A stretch of 64,000 bases of DNA from Methylibium sp. NZG (lineage in GTDB: Bacteria > Pseudomonadota > Gammaproteobacteria > Burkholderiales > Burkholderiaceae_C): assembly GCA_001263235.1 (NCBI GenBank), contig LGRD01000018.1:210917-274916 (forward strand). The letters run 5' to 3'. The notes under the pieces were generated by a model that did not search any database, was not told the DNA's origin, and saw nothing but the letters and a program-made list of their open reading frames with translations. Each line of letters opens with the position of its first letter. The stretch's first letter is position 1. Below are positions 52,930 through 62,200 of the stretch, one piece after another. Both the position numbers and the translations under genes were made by a program.

Positions 52930-53034
52930 TGCGCTGGTTTCATCCATCGGGATCGCCAGCGTGATGCGCTGGTATCTCGGGAGCGCCGGCGTGATCCGCT
53001 GGGTTCGATCAGGAGCGCCAACGTGATCCGCTGG
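52926..53034 (+). repeat. Tandem 30-35-nt repeat (3 full copies plus the 5' end of a fourth) duplicating the start region of the DUF2905 gene
   Basis: The units begin at 52926, 52961, 52991 and 53023. Each starts GTGAT(G/C)CGCTGG, and units 1-3 end with GGGA/GGGAG/AGGAG plus 7-8 nt. Confidence 0.85.
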
Positions 53035-53217
53035 CTCATCGTCGTCTTCCTCGCGCTGCTGATCTTCAGCGGCCTGCACCGATGGCTGGAGAAGATCGGC
53101 CTGGGCAAGTTTCCCGGCGACTTTCGTTTCCGGCTGTTCGGGCGTGAGTTCTTCGTGCCACTCACGAGCAGCGTCCTGTTGAGCTTCATCGCTCTGTTGA
53201 TCTCGCAGGCGTTCTAG
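53023..53217 (+). CDS. DUF2905-family small membrane protein
   Basis: 64 aa, MIRWLIVVFLALLIFSGLHRWLEKIGLGKFPGDFRFRLFGREFFVPL... GTG start 7 nt after AGGAG. Confidence 0.8.
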   Translation: MIRWLIVVFLALLIFSGLHRWLEKIGLGKFPGDFRFRLFGREFFVPLTSSVLLSFIALLISQAF

Positions 53218-53247
53218 TAAGGACCGCATTTTTCCCAGGAGCCCGCC

Positions 53248-55260
53248 ATGCTGTCAGCACCGACCCCTGAAGCCGAAGCGTCGCGGCTTGCCGCACTGCT
53301 GTCTCTGGACGTGCTCGACAGCGGCGCGGAACGCGAGTTCGACGCGCTGGTCGGTGCGGCGTCGCGGTTGTGCGGCGTGCCGATCGCGTTGATCAGCCTG
53401 GTCGACGCTCAACGCCAGTGGTTCAAGGCCAACCACGGCCTGCCCGGCATGACCGAGGCGCCTCGGGAGCACGCCTTTTGCGCACACACGGTGCTGGGCG
53501 ACGAGTTGCTCGAAGTGCCCGACACCCGCCAGGACCTACGCTTCGCTGACAACCCGATGGTCGTCGGCGCGCCCCATTTGCGCTTCTACGCCGGTGCGCC
53601 GCTGCAGCTTCGCGACGGTTCGCGCGTCGGCACACTGTGCGTGGCCGACCGGCACCCGCGGCGCTTGAGTGCGGACCAGGCCAAGGCGTTGCAGTGCCTC
53701 GCCACCGTCGCATCGAGCGCACTGGAGCGTCGCCGCGACGGCGTCGAGCTGCGTCGTGCGGTGCGCGCACTGCACGCCAGCGAGGCGCGCTTTCGCACGT
53801 TGAGCGAAGCCGCGCCGCTGGGCGTCTACGCGGCCGACGAGCACGGCTCCTGCACCTACACCAACCCTCGCTGGCAGCAGATTTTCGGGCTGACGGCGCA
53901 GCAAGCGTTCGGCGCCGGCTGGACCCACTCGCTCCACCCTGTGGACCGCGCAGCCGTCTTCGCCGCCTGGAGCAGGGCGACGGCGGCAAGGCAGGAGTTC
54001 GATCTGGAGTTCCGCATCCAGCGGCCGGATGGATCGGTGCGCGAAGTGCGCTCGCGCGCGCGCACCATGGCGGGCGACCGGGGCCAGGCGCTCGGCTTCG
54101 TCGGCTCGGTGGAAGACGTGACGGAGCGCAAGAAGCTGGAGGCCTTCCTCGACCGGACCGGCCGGCTGGCCGGCGTGGGCGGCTGGGAGATGGACCTGCG
54201 AACCGGCGCGATCAGCTGGTCGGCCCAGACCAGCCGCATCCACGAAGTGGAACTCGGCTTCGTGCCCACCCTCGAGCAGGGCGTTGCCTTCTACGCCGAA
54301 GAGGCGCGCCCGGTGATCGAGGCGGCCGTGCACGCCGGCATGCAGCACGGCACGCCCTGGGACCTGGAGCTGCCGCTGGTCACCGCGCAGGGGCGCCACA
54401 TCTGGGTGCGGGCGTTGGGGGAGGTCGAGTTCGAGGCGGGGCGTCCGGTCCGGCTGATCGGGGCGCTGCAGGACGTGACCCAGCAGCGCCTGCGCCGGCT
54501 CGAGCTGCAGCAGGAGCAGACGTTGCGGATACAGCTCGAAGAGCAGGTCCGTGAGACCGAAGGCCTGCTGCGCGAACGCAGTGAAATGCTCGACGTGATG
54601 GCGCACGAAGTCCGCCAGCCGCTCAACAACGCCTCGGCGGCGCTGCAAAGCGCAGGCCATGCCCTGGCCGGCGTCAGCGACAAACGATCCGTCGCGTCGC
54701 GCCTGCAGCGCGCCCAGACCGTGTTGGGCCAGGTGCTGGGCAGCATCGACAACACGCTGGCGGTGGCGTCGCTGCTGGCGCAGCCGGAGCCGATCGACCG
54801 CGGCGAATACACCGACATCGACGCGCTGATCAGCGTCGTCGTCGCCGACGTGCCGGCCCCCGAGCGGGGGCGCATTCGGGTGGAGCGACCGAGCAGAACA
54901 CGCACTGCCTCGATGGACATGAGCCTGATGCGCCTGGCGCTGCGCAACGTGCTGTCCAACGCACTGAAGTACAGCCCGCCGGCGTCTGTGGTGACCTTGG
55001 CGGTGTGCGACTCCGACGAGCCGCTGGCGGTGGTCTTCGACGTTGCCAACGAAGGCGCGGGGCTGACTGCCGACACCGTCGAGCGGCTGTTCCTGCGCGG
55101 AGCCAAGCACGGCGGCGTGCGGCAGGGCCACGGGCTGGGCCTGGGCCTGTACATCGTGCGGCGCGTGATGGACCTGCACGGCGGCAGCGTGACCCTGTCG
55201 CAAAACGGGCCCGAACAGGTGGTCATGCGCCTCGTCGTCAACCAGCCCCTGGGCGACTGA
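53248..55260 (+). CDS. Cytoplasmic GAF-PAS-PAS sensor histidine kinase
   Basis: N-terminal GAF domain (ALISLVDAQRQWFKANHG...FCAHTV...FYAGAPL), two PAS/PAC segments, H-box MAHEVRQPLNN and G2 box GHGLGLGLYIVRRVMDLHGG. No TM segment. Confidence 0.88.
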   Translation: MLSAPTPEAEASRLAALLSLDVLDSGAEREFDALVGAASRLCGVPIALISLVDAQRQWFKANHGLPGMTEAPREHAFCAHTVLGDELLEVPDTRQDLRFADNPMVVGAPHLRFYAGAPLQLRDGSRVGTLCVADRHPRRLSADQAKALQCLATVASSALERRRDGVELRRAVRALHASEARFRTLSEAAPLGVYAADEHGSCTYTNPRWQQIFGLTAQQAFGAGWTHSLHPVDRAAVFAAWSRATAARQEFDLEFRIQRPDGSVREVRSRARTMAGDRGQALGFVGSVEDVTERKKLEAFLDRTGRLAGVGGWEMDLRTGAISWSAQTSRIHEVELGFVPTLEQGVAFYAEEARPVIEAAVHAGMQHGTPWDLELPLVTAQGRHIWVRALGEVEFEAGRPVRLIGALQDVTQQRLRRLELQQEQTLRIQLEEQVRETEGLLRERSEMLDVMAHEVRQPLNNASAALQSAGHALAGVSDKRSVASRLQRAQTVLGQVLGSIDNTLAVASLLAQPEPIDRGEYTDIDALISVVVADVPAPERGRIRVERPSRTRTASMDMSLMRLALRNVLSNALKYSPPASVVTLAVCDSDEPLAVVFDVANEGAGLTADTVERLFLRGAKHGGVRQGHGLGLGLYIVRRVMDLHGGSVTLSQNGPEQVVMRLVVNQPLGD

Positions 55261-55278
55261 GGCCCAAGGCGCGGCCAC

Positions 55279-55965
55279 TCAGACCGACGTCAGCTTGTCC
55301 TTGAAAAGGTAGCCGACGCGGGGTTTGGAGTGCAGCGGGACGGCCAGTGGCGTGGCCCGCTCGATGCGGCGTCGCAGCCGGTACACCACCGCGTTGAGCC
55401 CGTCGGGGGCGTCGCTGTCGGCCCGTCGCCCCAGGCGCTGGCAAAGCGCCTCCCGGGTCACCGGCTTGCCGCCGGCTTCGAGCAGGCAGATCAGCACGGT
55501 GAGGTCGATGTCGCTCAGATCGACGCAGGCACCGTCCGGGGCGAACAGCTGCCGGCCGCGCCGGTCCAGCTTCCACGGTTCAGCCGACCGCACCGAGCTC
55601 GCCGCGCGGCGCTGCACCGCCTCGATCGCGGCGATCACCTGCTCGAACTGGACGGGCTTGGCCAGGTACATGTCGGCGCCTGCGCTGACCACCTGCTGGA
55701 ACACATCGGGCGCCAGCCGCCCGGAGACGACGACCACGCCGGCCGAACTGCGCCGGCGCAGCACATCGATCAGCTCCAGCCCGCTGATGCCGGGGAGCAT
55801 CAGGTCGACCAGGTAGAAGTCGAACGCATGCGGGTCGCCGTGGGCGAGCAGCGCGTTGCTGCTCGAAAACGTGGTCACCGCAATGCCCTGGTCGCCCAGG
55901 AACTGGGCCAGAAACTCCCGGTACTCCGGATCGTCGTCGATGAGCGCGAGCGTCTTGGGCAACAT
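55279..55965 (-). CDS. OmpR-family response regulator
   Basis: REC domain (LALIDDDPEY...YLVDLMLPGISG...AKP) plus a winged helix (VYRLRRRIE...PRVGYLF). Trimmed to MLPKTLA at 55965. Confidence 0.88.
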   Translation of the reverse strand: MLPKTLALIDDDPEYREFLAQFLGDQGIAVTTFSSSNALLAHGDPHAFDFYLVDLMLPGISGLELIDVLRRRSSAGVVVVSGRLAPDVFQQVVSAGADMYLAKPVQFEQVIAAIEAVQRRAASSVRSAEPWKLDRRGRQLFAPDGACVDLSDIDLTVLICLLEAGGKPVTREALCQRLGRRADSDAPDGLNAVVYRLRRRIERATPLAVPLHSKPRVGYLFKDKLTSV

Positions 55966-56252
55966 TTTGCTGGCAATGCTACGCCGGCATGGCACGCCGC
56001 AGCGCGCGGCTCGGTCGGGCCACGAGACCGGCAAGTTCCCCGTTCAATCTCGCGATACGCATAACTGTCATTTTTAGCTGATAAATGATCAACATGAAGT
56101 TATTGTTCTCGTGAAGTTTGCCGCTTGGAGTCGCACCGGGTTGAGAACTGGCCGTACTTTGCCGGCTGTTTTTCGGCTCAACTACGGGCTTTACAGCGCA
56201 GACTGGCGGCATGCCCCGGTGGCAATTCCGGGGCGCCGATCGAGGAGAACAA

Positions 56253-59200
56253 ATGAGATCAAACGGCATCATCATGAGCCGCAGCATCACTCGGACGTGG
56301 CGCGCGTGGGTTGTGATGGCAATGCTCGCCTTCGGCGCCCTGCCGGTCTCGGCCGAGATCACGGCGTCCAAGACCTTCCTGCCCGGCTCGTGGTCCGGCG
56401 TCGGCGCGGAGCCTGCTCCCATCAGCGCCCCGGTGCCGCAAGGCGACGTGGTGTGGCTCAACATCTCGGTGCTGAACAGCGCCACCACCGCGGTCACCGC
56501 GCTCACCGGCACCGACCCGCTGCCCACCGGCGCCACGGTCGCCACCGGGCCGTCGCCGTTTGCATCCACAGGTTGCGCCAGCAGCGGGCCCGGCAACTTC
56601 ACCGCCACGCCGGGTGCCGCCAGCTTCAGCTTCAACGGCTTGACCGTGCCGGCTTTCGCCGCCGGCGTGAATGGCTCCTGCGAAATCTACGTGCGGGTGC
56701 GGATCACCGGGCCGACTGGCACCGGCGCCGGCAGCGTGGCAACGCTGCTCAACACGATTCCGATCGGCAATGTGTCCGGCAGCGAGGGCGGCGCGCCAGT
56801 GTCCAACGGCTCGCCGGCATCGCAGTCGATTCAGGTCACCAAGCTGGCGAACCTGTCTGTCGCCAAGAGTTTCTCGCCGGCCACGGTGCCGATGGGGGCG
56901 ACCTCGGTGGCCAGCATCGTGATCACCAACAACGCGGCTGCCACCGTCGGCCTGAGCACGTTGACCGAGAACCTGCCGGCCAGCCTCACGGCGACGACGA
57001 CGCCCACGGTCGCCTGCCCCGGCGGGACACCGGCTTCCGCCACCGCGATGGGGGGCACCTTTCCCAACCTGACGTTTCCGGCCGGCGCCACGCTTGCCGC
57101 CAACGGCACTTGCACGGTGAGCTTCACCGCCCGTGCAGAAACACAAGCCAACAACGGCTACACCGCTGGCAACACCGTGCCCGCCAACGGCGTGGGCAAC
57201 GACCGCAGCCTGAACAACCCGGCGGCCACCGGCAACCTGACGGTGCAGTCGCCACTGCTCACGAACAAGAGCTTCAGCCCCAATCCGTCGCGCGCCAACG
57301 AGTTGGTGACGATGACGCTGTCGTTCCAGAACCGTTCGGCGTTTGCGCTCAGCGCCGGCAGCTTCACCGACAACCTGCCGACGGCCGGCGCGGGCGTGAT
57401 GCTGGTCCGAGCCCCTGGCGGCGCGACCGCCGCGGGGGCCAACCCGGGCGGCTGCGCCAGCGCGGCGGCAATCACCGCGGCGAGTTCATCGGCCACGGTC
57501 TCGGGTGCTGCGCTCACTGTGCCGGCCAACGCAACCTGCACTTACACCGTTCCCGTGAACGTCAGCAACGACGGCAGCTACGCCAACACGATCGCCTCGA
57601 CCAGCTACACCAGCGCCGACACCAACGTCGGCACCACCTCCAACGGGCCGGCGAGCTCGACCCTCACCGCCTACGACCAGATCACCGCCAGCAAAGAGGG
57701 CCTGAACCCGATCAGCGGCGCCTCGGCGGGATCGGTGTCGCCTGGCAACCGCATTCGCTACCGCGTCAACATCTCCAACTACACCTTGTCGGCGATCGGC
57801 GATGCGCAGGTCACCGACCCGCTGCCCACGGCCGGCGGTCAGCAGGTGACGTATGTTTCGTCGATCGCGCCGACCGTGTCGGGCGCCGGGTGCACCGGGC
57901 CGTCGTCGGTCGGCGGCAGCGCGGCCGCACCGGTGTTCAGCGGCATCGGGATACCTGCCGGCAGCGCGGGCAGCCCGGCCACGTGCTCGCTGGAGTTCGT
58001 CGCGCAAGTGCCCGACGCCTGGCCGGCGAACACCTCGGTCGTGAACACCATCCCGCCGGCCAACATCGTCTACGGCGGTGGCGCTTCCTCACTGCAGGGA
58101 CCGGCGGTCGTCGACACGCGACCCTACATCGACCGCCTCACGACCGCCAAGGCGGTCAGCCCGACAACGATCTTCCAGGGCGACACCGCGCTGGTCACGG
58201 TCACGCTGTTCAACAACAGCTACAACACCATGACGGCGGCGCAGTTCAACGACGCGCCGCTGTTCGGTGGGTCGAACTCGGTGCGCAACGCGAGCCCGAC
58301 GAGCCCGGTGACCACCTGCGGCGGCACGCCGGCCTACACCTTCACCGCGGGCGGCGCCAGCTTTGCCGCCAGCGGCCTGAGCGTGCCCGCGCGCGGGAGC
58401 TGCTCGGTGAGCTGGCGCGTCGTCGGCATCAACCCGGGGGGCCCCTACACCAACACCCTGCCGGCGGCCAATGTCTCGGGCACGGTGGACAACGGGCCGG
58501 GCCCGGTGACCTTCAACGCCGCCAACACCGCGACCGCGAACCTGACCGTCAACTCAGTCCTGCTGGTCGGCAAGAGCTTTTCGCCGACGTCGGTCGGCGG
58601 CTCCGGCGGCGTCTCGCGCGTGACGGTGTCGCTGCAGAACGTGGGCAGCTCGGCGCTGACCAACCTGCTGGCCGGCGACAACCTGCCGGCCAACCTGCTG
58701 CCGGCCACACCGCTGAACGGCAGCACCACCTGCGGCGGCGCGCCCGTCATCACCAGCACCACCACGCCAGCGCCGCGGGTGCAGGTGAGCGGCGTCACGC
58801 TGTTTGCCGGCACGACCTGCCTGCTGAGCTTCGACGTCGTCAGCACCAACGCCACGGCGTCGGTCAACACCATTGCCGCTGGCGACGTGACGGCCGACAA
58901 CGGCGTCTTCAACGCCAGCCCGGCGGCGGCGACGCTGAACAAGTTCGCTTCGCCCGGCGTGAACATCTCCAAGTCGTTCTCGCCGTCGACGCTGTCGGCG
59001 GTGGGCGCGGTCTCGAGGCTGCGCGTGAACGTGCAGAACACGTTGCCGGGCAATGTGCCGCTGACCAACCTCGGCTTCGTCGACACCATGCCCGCCGGCA
59101 TGACGCTGAGCCCGACGCCCAACGCCGTCACCGACTGCGTGGGCGGCGTGCTCAATGCGCAGCCGAACGCGTCGAGCTTCTCGCTGACGCTGTCGGCGCT

Positions 59201-62200
59201 GACCGGTGGACAGACCTGCACGGTGGCGCTCGACGCCACGCTGATCGGCTCGGGAACCTACGTCAACACGCTGCCCTCGGGTGTGGTCACCAACGACCAG
59301 GGCGTGACCAACGCCGATCCCTTCAGCAGCTCGCTCGGCACGCTGGCCACGCTGGGCGTGGACAAGAACTTCAGCCCGCCGGCTGCGGCACCCGGCGTGC
59401 CCTCGCGGCTGACGATCCGCATCATCAACACGCTGGCGACGACGTTCACCAACCTGTCGCTGAACGACCCGCTGCCCGCAGGCGTGACACCGGCGTCGCC
59501 GTCGGCGCTGTCCACCACCTGCTCGGGCGCAGCGGTCAGCGCGAGCTCGACCAACGTGCTGATGAGCGGCGGCACCCTGCCGGCCGGCAGCGCGTCGGCG
59601 CCGACCTTCTGCGAGGTCAGCCTGCTGGTGCAGGCGGCCTCGGCCGGCACATTCACCAACACCATCCCCGCCGGTGGAGTGACAGGCGTCAACGGCCTGG
59701 GCATCACCATCGGCAACACCGACCCGGCCACCGCGATCTTCCGCGGCCTGCAGCCGGTGGTGGTGAGCAAGGCGTTCCAGAACGCCAGCCGCACGCTCAA
59801 CCAGCCGAACCGCCTGACGGTGACGCTGACCAACCCGAACGCGGTGGCGATCAACAACGCCGCAATCACCGACACCCTGCCGCCCAACGTGTTCGTGGCC
59901 AACACGCCCAACGCCAGCACCACCTGCACCAACTCCACCGTGCCGGACGCGGCCGGCACGCTCACCGTGCCGGTGGCGGTCACCGCCACGGCCGGTGCGT
60001 CGTCGATGCGCATCAGCGGCGCACGCATCCCGGCGGGCGGCTCGTGCACCTTCCAGGCCGATGTGCTGACCAACCAGATCGGCACCTGGGTCAACACCAT
60101 CCCGGCGGCGGCGCTCACCACCTACGAGGGCGTGAGCAACGCCGCGCCAGCAACGGCGCAGTTCACCACGTTCGATCCGCCGGTGCTGGGCAAACAGTTC
60201 GTGCCGGTGCAAATTGCCACCGGCGGTACCTCGCAATTGCGGATCACGCTGGGCAACCGCAACGCCGTCGCGCTGACGCTGACCTCGACCCTGACCGACA
60301 ACCTGCCCACCGCGCCCGGCGCGCTGGTGCTCGGCAGCCCGGCCATCGACACCGGAGCCACCACCTGCACGGTGGGCAGCGTGGGCGCCACCACGGGCGG
60401 CGGCACGGTGACGTACGCCAACGGCGCGAGCATCCCGGCCGGCGGCTGCGTGATCGTCGTCAACGTCACCGGCAGCGTGGAGGGCAGCTACAACAACGTG
60501 ATTGCTGCGGGCGGCCTGCAGACCAACGGCGGGCCGAGCCCGCAGCCGGCCACGGCCAACCTGTCGATCACCAACACGCTGGCCTCGATCAGCGGCCGGG
60601 TGTTCCGCGACCACGACAACAACGGCCTGTTCGGCCCGGCCGATGTCGCCATCGGCGCCCACACCATCGAGCTGCTCGACAGCGGCGGTGCGGTGGTGGC
60701 GACCACCACCACCGACACGCTCGGCAACTACGTCTTCCTGGGCCTCGCGCCGGGCACCTACAGCGTGCGCGAGCCGGCGCAGCCGGTGGGCACGTTCAAC
60801 GGCATCACCACCGCCGGGGCGGCCACGGCCGGCGGCTCGGCCGGCACGGCCACCGCCGTCGGCACGGCGCCGAGCGCGATCAACACCATCGTCGTCGCGG
60901 GCGGGCAGAGCTCGACCGGCAACAACTTTGCCGAAGTCGTGCCCAGCCGCATCGCCGGCCGGGTGTTCCTCGACGCCAACAACAGCGGCACGCAGCAGCC
61001 GGGTGAAGCGGGCATCGGCGGCGTGGCTGTCACCCTGACCGGCACCGACGACACGGGCGCCGCGGTCAACCTCTCGACCACCACCGCGAGCGACGGGACC
61101 TACAGCTTTGCCAACCTGCGCCCGGGCAACTACACCTTGACCGAGGGCGCTCAGCCCGCGGGCAGCGCCAACGGCATCACCACGGCCGGGCCGGTCTACA
61201 CGCTGAACACCACCACTGCTGCGCCAGGCGGCGTGCCGGGCAGCGCCACCGCGCCGTCGGTCGGCAGCGTGGCCTCACCGTCGGGCACCAGCCGGATCGG
61301 CAACAACGGCGGCGCGACGGTGGCGATCACGCTGCCGCCGAACGCCGAGTCGCCGAACAACAACTTTGCCGAGATCCCGACCAACCGCAGCGTCAGCGGC
61401 CGCATCTTCACCGACGTGAACAACGACGGCCTGTTCAACACCGGCGACACCGCCATCGCCGGCCAGACGGTCACGCTCACCGGCACAGACGCCAGCGGCA
61501 ACGCGGTGAACCTGACCACCACCGCAGGCAGCGACGGCAGTTATGCGTTCACCGGCCTGTCCGAGGCCAACGGCGCGGGCTACACCGTGAGCTACAACCC
61601 GCTCGTCGGCTCACCCGCGCTCAACGTGCTGGGGCAATCGGCGCCGGGCTCGACCGGCGGCACGGGGGCGGCCAGTGGCAGCGTGGCCTCGCGCAGCACG
61701 ATCAGCGGCATCCAGCTCGGCGGCTTGCTGGTCGGCTCGTCGAACAACAACTTCACGCAGCGGCCGCCGGGCAGCATTGCCGGCCGGGTGTTCCTCGACG
61801 CGAACAACAACGGCCTGTACGAGCCACCGGCCGGCGGGCTCGATGCCGCGCTCAGCGGCGTGCAGCTCGTGTTGACCGGCACCGACTACGGCTTCGACGG
61901 CCAGGTGGGCGGCGGCGACGACGTGACCATCGCTTCGGGCACCGTGACCACCACCACGGCGGCCGACGGCACCTACACCTTCGGCAACCTGCGCGCCGGC
62001 AGCTACACCGTGACCGAACCGGCTCAGCCGGCCAACACCGCCAACGGCATCACCACCGCCGGCCCGGTCAACGGCACGCCCGCCGGCACCAGCGGCACCG
62101 CCACCGCAGCCGGCACCGCGCCGAGCGCCGTCGCCACCATCGGCCTCACGCCGGGCGCTGTCAGCCCCGGCAACAACTTCGCCGAGGTGGCGCTGGTGTC

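Noticed and set aside
56111-61006. 1,631-aa plus-strand ORF listed in the track across the adhesin locus
   Set aside because: It lies in the frame one nucleotide upstream of the real frame. Its product is an Arg/His/Gly/Gln-rich string with no domains or signal peptide. It stays open only because the real frame's GC-rich third positions avoid stop codons. The frame starting at 56253 has an SD, a signal peptide and recognisable repeats.
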